A stretch of 48,055 bases of DNA from Acidobacteriota bacterium. GTDB taxonomy: Bacteria > Acidobacteriota > Terriglobia > UBA7540. Under the pieces are notes generated by a model that saw nothing but the letters and a program-made list of their open reading frames with translations, was not told the DNA's origin and made no database searches. This document shows positions 37,011 to 47,341 of this stretch, in pieces. Positions within the stretch are counted from its first letter, which is position 1. Every line of letters starts with the position of its first letter. Where the stretch lies: positions 1-48,055 of the forward strand of contig JAJYNF010000209.1 of assembly GCA_021786455.1 (NCBI GenBank), in the 5' to 3' direction. The position numbers were made by a program, and so were the translations under genes.

Positions 37011-37062
37011 ATCATCGTCCGACGGCGCCACCATCGGCGCGACAGGGAAGGAGGATTCGCCT

Positions 37063-39150
37063 GTGAAGATATCCTGTTCATTGGTACTTTGCTGCCTCGG
37101 CTTTCTACCCGCGGGAGCCTGGGCGGCTATTCGTCTGACTCCGCAAACCACCTTGTTCATCAACAAGCATGAGCCCGGACCGGTCGAGCTCGCCGCACGC
37201 GACCTGGCCAGCGACTGGCAAAAGGTGTTGGGCCAGCCACTCCAGGTGGTCCACGATCCAAAGGATACGGCGGCTACGACGCTTGCCATTGTTCTCAATT
37301 ATGACGTTCCGAGCAAAGTTCATCAGCCCACGGGTTGGGAGAAATTGAGCATCCAACAAGTTCAGAATCCCTGGGCTGGTTCGCCAGCCCGCCAGGCCGT
37401 AATTCTTACGGGCTCGGACGTGCGGGGAACCATTTATGCCATCTATCAGTTTTCGCAGCAGTTTTTAGGCGTGGATCCGCTTTATTGGTGGACGGATCAC
37501 AAGCCTGCGCGACGAGCTGCTGTCGAGGTACCAGACAATTTTTCGGAGACGCAAGGGCCAGCGTTTCATTATCGAGGCTTTTTTATCAACGACGAAGACT
37601 TGCTGACCGGATGGAAGCCAGGAGTTCGCCAGGGTGCGGACATCTCGCTCAAGGTTTGGAATCGAATCTTTGAGGCCATTCTGCGCTTGAAGGGCGACAT
37701 GGTGATTCCTGGAACGTGGATTTTTCCCTATGAACCCCAAATTCGTTTGGCGATGAAGCGCGGGTTGATTGTTACCCAGCACCATGTCAATGTGCTCGGC
37801 TTGGACACCTACCGCTGGCCAGATAATGTTCCCTATTCGTTCATCAGCCATCCGAAGATTTTTGAGTCGGCGCTTGTGCATTCGGTGGAAGAGTACCCAA
37901 AACACGCGAAAATCGTTTGGAGCGTAGGCTATCGGGGCAAGAACGATTTCCCATTCTGGCTGGTGGACCCGGCCGCGCCCAAAACCGCTGCGGCGAGAGC
38001 CCAGGTGATTCAGAACGCGATTGGAAAGGAGATTGAAATCGTGCGGAGGTACCATCCGCGCGCTTCCATTGTGTTTAACGCTTGGGCGGAATCGGCGGCG
38101 TTTATTCGGCAGGGGCTGCTGAAGGTTCCACCGGGCGTGACGCTGGTGTGGCCGGACGATGGCCACGGAACGCTTCAGGACCGAGGCGAGATTAAGGCCG
38201 GCGAGGGCGAGTATTACCACACGGCGATGATTGATTACCGGTCCAACCACTTCAGCGAACTCGTGCCGCCCGAAAGGATTCGGGAGGAGCTTGGACGGGC
38301 CGCGAAAGCTGGGGCCACAGAATACTTGATTGTGAATACCTCGAATCTGCGGCCCGTGGTGATGACAAGCCGAGCCACCATGGAATTGGCCTGGAACCCG
38401 AAACCCTGGATCGCATCAGAACCGGATGAGGCCCAAATCTATCTGTCAAAATGGTGCCGCGAGGAATTCGGTCGGCAGGCAGCGCCCGAGGTCGAAAAGT
38501 ACTATGAAGCCTATTTTGCCGCCCCAGCCAAATACGGGCCGGCACCCGATGACTCGATGGGCGACCAATTTTACCAGGTCGTCTCGCGGTGGCTTTTAGT
38601 GGCATTGTTCAAAGGCACGCTCAACAAACCCCTGCCCTCATTCGGCAACCGGCCTGCTCGAACCCTCGGCCAGATGGGCGCGTCCATCGTGACACAGTGC
38701 AAACAAGCGGAGCCACGATGGAATCTGGCCTTGCAACTGGCCGAGCAGGCACGGCCTCAAGTGGCGGCGGGACGCCGCCGCTTTTTCCAGGCTAACGTGA
38801 TGACGCAGGTGGAAGTTAATTTGCACGGCAATCAAATGATGGAAGATGTGGCTCAAGCCACCGAGATCAATTCCCCGGCGCAACGTCGGCAGTTCATTCG
38901 CGCGGCCATTCGTCAAGACGAGGCCGTTGAGGCGGCGCTCCATGCGGCGGATTATGGGAAGTGGAAAGGCTTTTACACGCGAGGCGACTGGCTGGAGGAC
39001 GTGCCCCTGACGGTCAGCCTGGAACATGCCTATCTGCGCTATCTGAAGGGACATTCTATGAATTTGAATACCCTGATTCGAGCGCAAGACGGCGGTTTCG
39101 CGTACCACATGATCACAGCCTATCAAGGAACCCAGAAGGTACAGTTCTAG
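37063..39150 (+). CDS. glycoside hydrolase family 115-like protein (secreted)
   Basis: The GTG at 37063 has AAGGAGG 8 nt upstream and gives the signal peptide KISCSLVLCCLGFLPAGAWA. Blocks GSDVRGTIYAIYQFSQQFLGVDPLYWWTD and FHYRGFFINDEDLL match my recollection of GH115. Confidence 0.8.
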   Translation: MKISCSLVLCCLGFLPAGAWAAIRLTPQTTLFINKHEPGPVELAARDLASDWQKVLGQPLQVVHDPKDTAATTLAIVLNYDVPSKVHQPTGWEKLSIQQVQNPWAGSPARQAVILTGSDVRGTIYAIYQFSQQFLGVDPLYWWTDHKPARRAAVEVPDNFSETQGPAFHYRGFFINDEDLLTGWKPGVRQGADISLKVWNRIFEAILRLKGDMVIPGTWIFPYEPQIRLAMKRGLIVTQHHVNVLGLDTYRWPDNVPYSFISHPKIFESALVHSVEEYPKHAKIVWSVGYRGKNDFPFWLVDPAAPKTAAARAQVIQNAIGKEIEIVRRYHPRASIVFNAWAESAAFIRQGLLKVPPGVTLVWPDDGHGTLQDRGEIKAGEGEYYHTAMIDYRSNHFSELVPPERIREELGRAAKAGATEYLIVNTSNLRPVVMTSRATMELAWNPKPWIASEPDEAQIYLSKWCREEFGRQAAPEVEKYYEAYFAAPAKYGPAPDDSMGDQFYQVVSRWLLVALFKGTLNKPLPSFGNRPARTLGQMGASIVTQCKQAEPRWNLALQLAEQARPQVAAGRRRFFQANVMTQVEVNLHGNQMMEDVAQATEINSPAQRRQFIRAAIRQDEAVEAALHAADYGKWKGFYTRGDWLEDVPLTVSLEHAYLRYLKGHSMNLNTLIRAQDGGFAYHMITAYQGTQKVQF

Positions 39151-39215
39151 CCGCGCGTGGAAAGCCGCGTCGTGGCGTTTGAGCGCTGCCGCCAACGGCG
39201 CTGGCGCCGAAGCCG

Positions 39216-42200
39216 CTACTTCGCAAGGACCATCGGTCGAAGCCCGGCGGCGCGGAGCTGTTGGTTGAGGGTCGGCAAATCCTTCCTTTGAACCTCGTGC
39301 CAGCGTTTCATTGCGGCTGCAAACTCGTTTTCGACTGAAGTCATCGCCTCGGTTTCACCCGTGGTGGGGGCGGCGTCGGCCGCGTCCACCACGGCATAGA
39401 GGTTGCTTGCGTCATCGTTAACGCGGCGGAGGGTAGCGGCCTTTGATGCGGGGGCGGAAGAACCTGGTCGAGAGGCGAGAGACGCAACGTTCTCTTCGAG
39501 CGCGGCCACCGATGCTTTCAGCCGCCCGCTCGCATGGAGGGAGATATCATGAAGCTGAGTCTCGAGGGAGCGTGCCGCGTGGAAGGCATCGTCGCTGCGG
39601 GTCATCATGGAAGCAAGTTGAACCTCAAGGCTGAACATCTCACGCAGCGCCGCGGTGGAGACACGGACGCGCGGATCCATTTTGACGGTGAGCGGGGCCG
39701 AGTCCGATTGTCCGTTGACGATCAGCCGGACCGTGTAACGACCCGGCAGCGCCCGCGGGCCTTCCGGAGCGAGCGGCGTGCGGTGGGGAACGGCGGAAAT
39801 GGGATAACCGCTCGATAACGATTTGGGCGCGGGATAGTGCAGGTTCCAAACCCAGCGATGCATTCCGGCGTCGGCCGGCAGGGCCTTGGGCATGCGCACC
39901 CAATAAAGCGGGATCTGGAGTTTCTTCATTTCGATCCGAGTCAATCCCAGTGGGTCCGTGCTCGAATAACGCCGAACGAGATGACCCTGCGAGTCCAATA
40001 TTTCCAGGGTCACCGGGCCGTTAGCCGGATGAACGAGCCAGTAATCAAGAATTGCGCCCGAGGGCGGGTTTTGCCCTGTGGGCTCATCGGGAGGAAGCGG
40101 CGTGTCGGTGTTGGTGTCACGGCGAATGCGATAGGCGGTTTCAGGCTTGAACAAAAACGCGGGCGATGTCTCGACGGACCGGCTGATTTGGCGAAGCGGC
40201 GTGATGTCATCCAGCACCCAAAACGACCGACCATGCGTGGCGACGATGAGATCGTTATCATGAATCCACAGGTCGCGCATGGAGGTGTGCGGAAGATTGA
40301 GCTGCAAGGATTGCCAATGATTGCCGTCGTCAAAGGAAACCCAAGCGGAAGTTTCTGTGCTCGCGAAAAGCAAACCTTTCCGCACAGGGTCTTCGCGCAC
40401 CGTATTGACGGGGGAATTGTCGGGTAAACCATGGACGATGAGCTGCCACGTTTTTCCGCCGTCGTGGGTGCGGTAAATGTAAGGACGCAGGTCGTCAATG
40501 CGAAAGCGGCTGACCGAAACGTAGGCCGTTTCGTCATCGAAAGGCGAGGCGGCAATCTGCGTCACCTTGCTCCACGGAATCATCCCAGGCGGCGTGACGT
40601 TTTCCCAGCTTTTTCCTCCGTCGCGGGTGACCCAAACGCGGCCGTCATCGGTGCCAGCCCAGAGGGTGTTGACGCTTTGGAAGGAAGGCGCCAAGGCGTA
40701 AATGGCTCCTCGCACCGTTTTGGCGTAGGCATCTTCCGAAGCCAGATTACCGAGACTCGCCGGAATCCCGGGGTGTTTGTACGTCAAATCGGGGCTGATG
40801 ATCTGCCAGGAATTTCCCCCATCCGTGGTTTTGAAAACCACGTTGGCGGCGTAGTAGAGGACATGAGGGTCCACGGGCGAGAAGACAATGGGTTCCGTGC
40901 GGTCGGCGCGGTATTTGGGGTTTGAAAGCGCAAGTGGAGTCACGTTTTCAACCTGGCCGGTCACCCAGTTAAATTTGGAAATATCCGCGCGACCCGCCCC
41001 GTAAACGATGTTGGGATGGAGCGGATCGGGCGCGGCGTAACCGTATTCAATGATGCCGACGGGATGCCAGTCGCGAAAGGTGATCTCGCCGTCGTTGCCC
41101 CGACTTTCAATACCCACCGAGCCGCTTTCTTGCTGGCCACCGTAAATGCGGTATGGGAACTGATTATCCGTAATCACGTGGTAGAGCTGGGCGGTTGGCT
41201 GATTGTACCAGGAGCTCCAGGTTTTGCCGCTATTGACGGTTACCAACGCGCCTTGATCCCCCACCAACAGAATGATGTTGGGGTGATTGGGGTTAATCCA
41301 CATGTTCTGATAGTCGTCGCCGCCGGGCGCGCCCCGCAACGCCTTCCAGGTTTTGCCGCCATTGGTTGACCGCCAAGTGGCGATGCTGGCGCTGTAAACG
41401 ACGTTGGGGTTTTTCGGGTCCACTTTGGGAACGGGCAAATCGCCGCCGCCTATGCGTTCGACCGGTCGAGGGTCTCGTGTCACCCGGTACCAATGAGCGC
41501 CAGCATCATCCGAGCGGTAAAAGCCGAGTCCTTTGCCGGACTGGTAAGGCGCTGAAACCGTGGTTGCGATCGTCGCGTAAAGACGATTTGGATCGCTCGG
41601 CGCAATCGCGACGTAAGCTTGAACCAATTTTCTCGGCAGGCCGTGAGTGAGTTGGGTCCACGTGGTTCCGCCGTTCGTGGATTCATAAATGCCGCCGCCG
41701 GCGCCACCATAAGCATTGTTGTCCTCCCACGGGCCTTGGCGCGCCCGCCAGAGGGTGGCGTAAACGATTTGCGGATTGGCGGGGTCAATTTCCACGTCGT
41801 CGCCCCCCGTGTTCTCATCCTTGTAAAGAACTTTTTGCCAAGTCTTTCCGCCGTCAAGGGAGCGGAAGATTCCGCGCTGGGCGTTCGGGCCGTATGGATG
41901 GCCGAGAACCGCGGCGAAAACGCGGTTAGGGTTGGTCGGATCCACGGCCAATGCAGGAATCTGTTCGCTGTCTCGGAGACCGAGATGGGTCCAAGTCCTT
42001 CCGCCGTCGGTGGATTTATAGATGCCGTCGCCGACGGAAAGGTCCGGCCGTTGCAGGCCCTCGCCGCTGGCCACATAAATGATATTGGGATTGGAAGAAG
42101 CAACGGCAATCGCCCCGATGGATTGAGTGGGCTCGTGGTTGAAGATCGGTTTCCAGGTGCGGCCGTAGTCGTCCGATTTCCACACGCCGCCGTCCACGGC

Positions 42201-42392
42201 GCCGATATAAAAGACGTTGGGTTCACTCGGCACGCCGCAGGCCGCTCGCGTCCGGCCGCCGCGAAACGGGCCAACCAGCCGCCAGCGCATTCCTTGATAA
42301 AGGCTTTCAGGGAATTTCTGCGCCCGGGCAGGGCTTGGGGGAGTGATCAGTAGAAGGCATCCCAAAAAGATGAGTAGATAGCGTATCATCAC
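39216..42392 (-). CDS. BNR/Asp-box repeat, sortilin/VPS10-like glycosyl-hydrolase-type protein (secreted)
   Basis: 1058 aa with a signal peptide. It has ten or more Asp-box motifs (SxDxGxTW): SDDYGRTW, STDGGRTW, SLDGGKTW, STNGGTTW, STNGGKTW, TTDGGNSW, TRDGGKSW, THDGGKTW and SFDDGNHW. Confidence 0.85.
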   Translation of the reverse strand: MMIRYLLIFLGCLLLITPPSPARAQKFPESLYQGMRWRLVGPFRGGRTRAACGVPSEPNVFYIGAVDGGVWKSDDYGRTWKPIFNHEPTQSIGAIAVASSNPNIIYVASGEGLQRPDLSVGDGIYKSTDGGRTWTHLGLRDSEQIPALAVDPTNPNRVFAAVLGHPYGPNAQRGIFRSLDGGKTWQKVLYKDENTGGDDVEIDPANPQIVYATLWRARQGPWEDNNAYGGAGGGIYESTNGGTTWTQLTHGLPRKLVQAYVAIAPSDPNRLYATIATTVSAPYQSGKGLGFYRSDDAGAHWYRVTRDPRPVERIGGGDLPVPKVDPKNPNVVYSASIATWRSTNGGKTWKALRGAPGGDDYQNMWINPNHPNIILLVGDQGALVTVNSGKTWSSWYNQPTAQLYHVITDNQFPYRIYGGQQESGSVGIESRGNDGEITFRDWHPVGIIEYGYAAPDPLHPNIVYGAGRADISKFNWVTGQVENVTPLALSNPKYRADRTEPIVFSPVDPHVLYYAANVVFKTTDGGNSWQIISPDLTYKHPGIPASLGNLASEDAYAKTVRGAIYALAPSFQSVNTLWAGTDDGRVWVTRDGGKSWENVTPPGMIPWSKVTQIAASPFDDETAYVSVSRFRIDDLRPYIYRTHDGGKTWQLIVHGLPDNSPVNTVREDPVRKGLLFASTETSAWVSFDDGNHWQSLQLNLPHTSMRDLWIHDNDLIVATHGRSFWVLDDITPLRQISRSVETSPAFLFKPETAYRIRRDTNTDTPLPPDEPTGQNPPSGAILDYWLVHPANGPVTLEILDSQGHLVRRYSSTDPLGLTRIEMKKLQIPLYWVRMPKALPADAGMHRWVWNLHYPAPKSLSSGYPISAVPHRTPLAPEGPRALPGRYTVRLIVNGQSDSAPLTVKMDPRVRVSTAALREMFSLEVQLASMMTRSDDAFHAARSLETQLHDISLHASGRLKASVAALEENVASLASRPGSSAPASKAATLRRVNDDASNLYAVVDAADAAPTTGETEAMTSVENEFAAAMKRWHEVQRKDLPTLNQQLRAAGLRPMVLAK

Positions 42393-42771
42393 GTTCCTCC
42401 CTTGAGGGCAGGTCGAGGTTGAACAGCATAAACCAAACTATGACGCAATGGATGGACGAAATATCTTGATCCTGAGCGGCGCACCGTGGATGCGCAAAAG
42501 CTTCGGAGCCGTATTCATGGATTCCGAACGGGGAGCTTCTGCGCTCCCCGCGGGGCAGGCCGAAGGCAGCTCTCCGTCGTTTAGCGTTGCTCGAAAAAAG
42601 TTGGAACCACTTGCCGCAAATCGCGGGCGGGGGTTTAATTTCTAATTAGGAATGGATGCAAATAACACGGCGGTGGGAATCGCCGGCCAAACGTCTTTCC
42701 GATTGGCCGGTCGGAGGAGATCCACCGCGGGGGACGACGGTTAGACGTCTTTGCCCGGGCGCGACGCCACC

Positions 42772-44802
42772 ATGGATTTCAAATTGCTTTCCGATTACCG
42801 ACCGCAGGGCGACCAAGGCCAAGCTATCGAACGATTGGCTGACGGGGTGATAGATGGTCGCCCTCACCAGGTGCTGCTCGGAGTGACCGGCTCGGGCAAG
42901 ACCTATACGATGGCGAAGGTCGTTGAGCGCATCAATCGGCCGACGCTCGTGCTGGCACACAACAAGACGCTCGCCGCGCAGCTCTACAGTGAGTTTCGGG
43001 GGTTTTTCCCTCAAAACGCGGTCGAGTACTTCGTCAGTTATTACGATTACTACCAGCCAGAAGCTTACATTCCCGCCGGCGACGTTTACATCGAGAAGGA
43101 AGCGACCATTAACGACGATCTGGACAAGCTGCGAATGTCCGCTACGCGATCGTTGTTCGAGCGGCGCGACTGTTTGATCGTGGCGAGCGTGAGCTGCATT
43201 TACGGCCTGGGATCGCCCGAGGCCTATTACGGGATGCTGGTTCTGGTCGAGAAGGGACAGAAAATAACCCGGCAGGACTTGCTGCGGCGGCTGGTGGAGA
43301 TTCAGTACGAACGCAACGACGTTGACTTCCGGCGGGGAACGTTCCGGGTGCGCGGTGACGTGATCGAGATTTATCCAACCTATGAGGACAATGCTTACCG
43401 CATCGAATTATGGGGAGATGAGATTGAGAAGCTGACGCAGATTGATCCGCTCCTCGGCCAAGCCCAGCAGAGCCTAACCCGCCTGCCAATTTATCCGCGC
43501 ACCCATTACGTGATGCCGCGCGAGCAGCGGGAGACGGCGATCGAGCGGATTCTGGCAGAGCTCGAGTGGTGGCGAGGTGAGCTGGAGAAGCAGGGTAAAT
43601 GGGTGGAAGCGCAACGGCTTGACCAGCGGACCAAGTTTGATGTCGAGATCATGAAGGAAATGGGCTACTGCCACGGGATCGAAAATTATTCCCGGCATTT
43701 TTCCGGGAGGCTCCCCGGCGAGCCACCGCCCACGCTGCTCGACTATTTGCCCTCGGACTCGTTGATCTTCATTGACGAAAGCCATCAGACCATTCCGCAG
43801 CTTCACGGCATGTATCACGGCGACCGCTCGCGCAAGCAGACCCTGGTGGATTATGGCTTCCGGCTGCCGTCGGCGCTGGACAATCGCCCGCTAACCTTTG
43901 AGGAATTCGAACACCGGGTCAACCAGGTCATTTACGTTTCGGCAACGCCGGGCCCCTATGAACTCACGAAGGCGGGCGGGGAAGTGGTGGAACAAATCAT
44001 CCGGCCGACGGGCTTGGTGGATCCTGAAATCGAAGTTCGCCCCACGCGAAACCAGGTTGACGATCTGCTGGCAGAAATTCATGCCCGCGCTGACGTAGGC
44101 GAGCGCGTCCTGGTGACGACGCTCACCAAGCGGATGGCCGAGGATCTTTCCGCGTATTACGCCGAAGTCGGCGTCCGTTGCCGCTATCTGCACTCAGAAA
44201 TCGAAACCTTGGAGCGAGTGAAAATTCTGCGAGATTTGAGGCGAGGAGAGTTTGACGTCCTGATAGGCATCAATTTGCTGCGCGAGGGGCTCGACCTGCC
44301 GGAAGTTTCTCTAGTGGCGATTCTGGATGCCGACAAAGAGGGTTACCTGCGCTCGGCGCCGGCGCTGATTCAGACCATGGGCAGGGCTTCTCGGAACCTG
44401 CGCGGCAAGGCCATCCTGTACGCGGACCGCATCACGGAGTCTATGCGGCAGGCGATCGCGGAGACCAGCCGCCGGCGTTCGAAGCAGATCGCGTACAACC
44501 GGGAACACGGCATTACGCCGGAAACGATCGTCAAGCCGGTGGAGATGGCTCTGGCCGCCGTGGTCGAAGCGGACTACTCGACGGTGCCCCTCGAGGCTGA
44601 GCCGGGTGATATTGTCTCCGAGGATCAGTTGGATCACTTCATCGTTTCCCTCGAGGCCAAGATGCGCGAGGCGGCGGCGAAGTTCGAATTCGAGCGCGCA
44701 GCGCAGTTCCGAGACCGCTTGAAGGAGTTGCGGGAAAGGAAAATGGGATTGCCGACGCCAAAACGCATGAAAGCTCAGCCTCCGCTCCCGGCGGGGCGGT
44801 AA
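42772..44802 (+). CDS. uvrB: excinuclease ABC subunit B
   Basis: Diagnostic blocks are [11 protein letters not shown], the Walker A motif [10 protein letters not shown], and [14 protein letters not shown], the helicase motifs and the C-terminal UVR domain (FERAAQFRD) are also present. ATG 42772 is preferred to the listed TTG 42751. Confidence 0.97.
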   Translation: MDFKLLSDYRPQGDQGQAIERLADGVIDGRPHQVLLGVTGSGKTYTMAKVVERINRPTLVLAHNKTLAAQLYSEFRGFFPQNAVEYFVSYYDYYQPEAYIPAGDVYIEKEATINDDLDKLRMSATRSLFERRDCLIVASVSCIYGLGSPEAYYGMLVLVEKGQKITRQDLLRRLVEIQYERNDVDFRRGTFRVRGDVIEIYPTYEDNAYRIELWGDEIEKLTQIDPLLGQAQQSLTRLPIYPRTHYVMPREQRETAIERILAELEWWRGELEKQGKWVEAQRLDQRTKFDVEIMKEMGYCHGIENYSRHFSGRLPGEPPPTLLDYLPSDSLIFIDESHQTIPQLHGMYHGDRSRKQTLVDYGFRLPSALDNRPLTFEEFEHRVNQVIYVSATPGPYELTKAGGEVVEQIIRPTGLVDPEIEVRPTRNQVDDLLAEIHARADVGERVLVTTLTKRMAEDLSAYYAEVGVRCRYLHSEIETLERVKILRDLRRGEFDVLIGINLLREGLDLPEVSLVAILDADKEGYLRSAPALIQTMGRASRNLRGKAILYADRITESMRQAIAETSRRRSKQIAYNREHGITPETIVKPVEMALAAVVEADYSTVPLEAEPGDIVSEDQLDHFIVSLEAKMREAAAKFEFERAAQFRDRLKELRERKMGLPTPKRMKAQPPLPAGR

Positions 44803-44827
44803 GGCTGCGGAGCGGGCAGATGCGTGT

Positions 44828-45010
44828 TCACGAGCGCGCGTCGGATTGCCGCGTGGAGCGGACGGGTTCACGGCGCGGACGAGCGCGAAACAGCTTTCTA
44901 AAGGCTGGCCCAAGCCCTTGCTTGACCAAGGCCAGCACAATCACCATCGCCACAGCGACGTAAAGCAGAAAAAACAGGACAATAAACGCTCTTGCCAAGA
45001 AGTCAGCCAC
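44828..45010 (-). CDS. possible small single-pass membrane protein
   Basis: The sequence is VADFLARAFIVLFFLLYVAVAMVIVLALV followed by a basic tail. It would use a GTG start with GGAG about 10 nt upstream. It is weakly supported. Confidence 0.3.
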   Translation of the reverse strand: MADFLARAFIVLFFLLYVAVAMVIVLALVKQGLGPAFRKLFRARPRREPVRSTRQSDARS

Positions 45011-45090
45011 ACTTAGACCGCTCCGCTTCCCCCTCCGCAAATATGATGCGTGGCGACTTAAGGTGGATACTTGGCTGTTGACCGCGAACC

Positions 45091-45951
45091 ATGAAAAAAC
45101 GTTGGAGGGGCGATTCCATCAGAGCCGGCGTAGCCATTGTGGGTCCAGGGCGGCTGGGCCAAGCGCTGGGCAGAGCGCTGAGCCGTTCAGGCGTTCAAAT
45201 CCGTTTCGTGGCTGCTCGGAACCTCGCGCGAGCGCGGCGGGCCGCGCGTTTCATCGGCGGATGTCGCGCCGTCGGACTGAGCGACCGGAGCATCGCGACG
45301 GCGGCCGTCATCGTGCTCACGGTTTCGGATAGAGCCGTGCCGCTGGTGGCAGAATCGCTGGCGCGCCTACAGGAGAAATGGTCGGGCCGCGTCGTGTTGC
45401 ACACCTGCGGATCGCTCGGTATGAATGTGCTTGAGCCCTTCAGGAAGCGTGGAGCAGCCGTCGGGTCGCTCCATCCGTTCCAGACGATTCCGAGTCCGGC
45501 GGCCGGCGTTCGTAGTCTCCAGAGCTGCTTCTGGAGCGTGGACGGCGACCGGAAAGCTGTTGCGGTCGCACGGAGTTGGGTCAAAAGGCTCGACGGCAAG
45601 TCGTTTCGAGTCCCGACCGACCGCAAAGCGCTTTACCATCTTTCGGCTTTCCTGGTTTGTCCCACGACGATTACCTTGATGCACCAATCTGAAAAATTGC
45701 TGCGACGCGCCGGAGTTCCTGCCCGTCTTATCCGGCCGATGTTGGCGCAGTTCGTCGCGGAAACCGTCAGGAACTTCGCCGAATTCGGCGGCCCAAAAGC
45801 CCTGACAGGACCGGCCGTGCGCGGCGATTGGGAGACGCTTCAACGGCATGTCGCAATGCTGCGCCGCTATTCTCCGGAACTCGTTCCGGTTCACCGGGAA
45901 TTGGTCAGGTTGATGCTGCGCCTAGCCGGAAAGCCGGCGCCGCGCGGTTGA
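45091..45951 (+). CDS. Rossmann-fold NAD(P)-binding oxidoreductase, DUF2520-type
   Basis: The N-terminal dinucleotide motif is VAIVGPGRLGQALG. The C-terminal LTGPAVRGD segment is as I recall for DUF2520/ProC-like proteins. Confidence 0.7.
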   Translation: MKKRWRGDSIRAGVAIVGPGRLGQALGRALSRSGVQIRFVAARNLARARRAARFIGGCRAVGLSDRSIATAAVIVLTVSDRAVPLVAESLARLQEKWSGRVVLHTCGSLGMNVLEPFRKRGAAVGSLHPFQTIPSPAAGVRSLQSCFWSVDGDRKAVAVARSWVKRLDGKSFRVPTDRKALYHLSAFLVCPTTITLMHQSEKLLRRAGVPARLIRPMLAQFVAETVRNFAEFGGPKALTGPAVRGDWETLQRHVAMLRRYSPELVPVHRELVRLMLRLAGKPAPRG

Positions 45952-46065
45952 CGCACTCCGTTGCGACCCTCTTTGTTGTAACCGACTCCGGCGGTTGAAC
46001 GTCTAGGCCAGCGTAGCCTCGTGTTCTCCTTCGGAGACTCACATCCCACGAATGAGGAGTGCCCA

Positions 46066-47103
46066 ATGAAAAGTGCGCTGCGGATTTTTTGGGGCTTTCT
46101 TGTCTTCGTTTGCGCTGGTTCGACCGTTTCGGCGCGGGCCGCGATTCAATACCATCTGATCAAGAAGGTTGTCCTGGGCGGCGAAGGTTTCTGGGACTAT
46201 CTCAAACTCGACAGCGCCCATCACCGCCTGTTTATCTCCCGCGGTACTCATGTCATGGTCGTGGACACTCGAACGTACAAAGTCATCGGCAATATCCCGG
46301 ACACTCAAGGCGTCCACGGCATCGCGCTCGCCCCTGAACTCAATCGCGGCTTTACCAGCGACGGCGGCGCGAACCAGGTGACCATCTTCAATTTGAAAAC
46401 GCTCAAGGTCATCGGGACGGCGAACACCACGGGGCGGGGTCCTGATTGCATCGTTTATGACCCGGCCAGCAAGCGCGTGTTCACCTTCAATGGGCGCAGT
46501 GACAGTTCCACGGCCATTGATGCTGCGACCGGGAAAGTTGTTGGGACCATTGCCCTCGGCGGCCGCCCGGAATTCGCCGTGGCCGACGGTGAAGGGCACA
46601 TCTATAACAACCTCGAAGACAAGAGCGAAGAACTGGAAATTGACTCACATTCGCTCAAGATTCTCCACCGCTGGCCGCTTGCGCCGGGCGAGCATCCTTC
46701 CGGCCTCGCCATGGACACGAAAAGTCGCCGACTGTTCGCCGGCTGCCACAATCAAATGATGGTGATTATGAATGCGAATAACGGTCACGTCCTCGCCACG
46801 GAACCCATCGGTCGCGGCGTGGACGCCTGCCGCTTTGATCCGGGCGCCCGCCATGCCTTCAGTTCGAATGGAATGGATGGAACACTGACCGTCGTGCGCG
46901 AAGACTCACCCAACAGGTTCCACGTGGTCGCTCAAGTGCCGACTGAGCGTGGCGCACGGACGATGGCGCTCGATCCTCGAACGCATCGCATATATCTTGT
47001 CACCGCCCGGTTCGGCCCCCTCCAGCCGCTTCGGCCAGGCCAACGGTTCCGCCGGCCCACCCTCATTCCCGGCAGTTTCACCTTGCTGGTTTTCGGCCCA
47101 TAA
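46066..47103 (+). CDS. YncE/YVTN-type beta-propeller repeat protein (secreted)
   Basis: ATG 46066 has GAGGAG 6 nt upstream and gives the signal FWGFLVFVCAGSTVSARA. Repeated blades contain ...G..P.G+A.D.....+ segments. Confidence 0.8.
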   Translation: MKSALRIFWGFLVFVCAGSTVSARAAIQYHLIKKVVLGGEGFWDYLKLDSAHHRLFISRGTHVMVVDTRTYKVIGNIPDTQGVHGIALAPELNRGFTSDGGANQVTIFNLKTLKVIGTANTTGRGPDCIVYDPASKRVFTFNGRSDSSTAIDAATGKVVGTIALGGRPEFAVADGEGHIYNNLEDKSEELEIDSHSLKILHRWPLAPGEHPSGLAMDTKSRRLFAGCHNQMMVIMNANNGHVLATEPIGRGVDACRFDPGARHAFSSNGMDGTLTVVREDSPNRFHVVAQVPTERGARTMALDPRTHRIYLVTARFGPLQPLRPGQRFRRPTLIPGSFTLLVFGP

Positions 47104-47341
47104 CGTATGACCTCCTCGGAGAGGCATGTAGAAATCACCCACGGAATTCACGCTCTGCCGCGCCTTGCCCGATGTACTTAAGGTGGCCTCCGCTTGGTGG
47201 CGAGGGCCGGCTTTCGTCGCCCGGCTGATGCAAATCTAACCCGGAAGATGGTGGGAAGCATTTGTCCGCTTGAGGGCCCACCACCCTGGCTCGCCGTCTG
47301 GGTTATAATGCCATCGCGCGGGAAGGCGCCACGTAACCGGC

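Noticed and set aside
41480-42353. 264-aa minus-frame and 244-aa plus-strand ORFs inside the BNR/sortilin-like gene
   Set aside because: They overlap a frame containing ten or more Asp-box motifs. They are shadow ORFs.
42393-42771. LexA/SOS box upstream of uvrB
   Set aside because: I looked for GTTC-N7-GTTC (the type reported for Acidobacterium), CTGT-N8-ACAG and CGAAC-N4-GTTCG. None was found by eye. Only an unrelated hairpin, GGGGAGC-N6-GCTCCCC, is present.
47182-47282. Possible SAM riboswitch or attenuator upstream of the CBS-type gene
   Set aside because: The evidence was a duplicated TCCGCTTG...GAGGGCC motif and a GGTGGG/CCCACC hairpin. It does not fit the SAM-I core (GAGGGA-CTGGCCC...GCCCGGCAACC). 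In addition, a TATAAT at 47304-47309 lies downstream of it, so the structure is probably outside the transcript.
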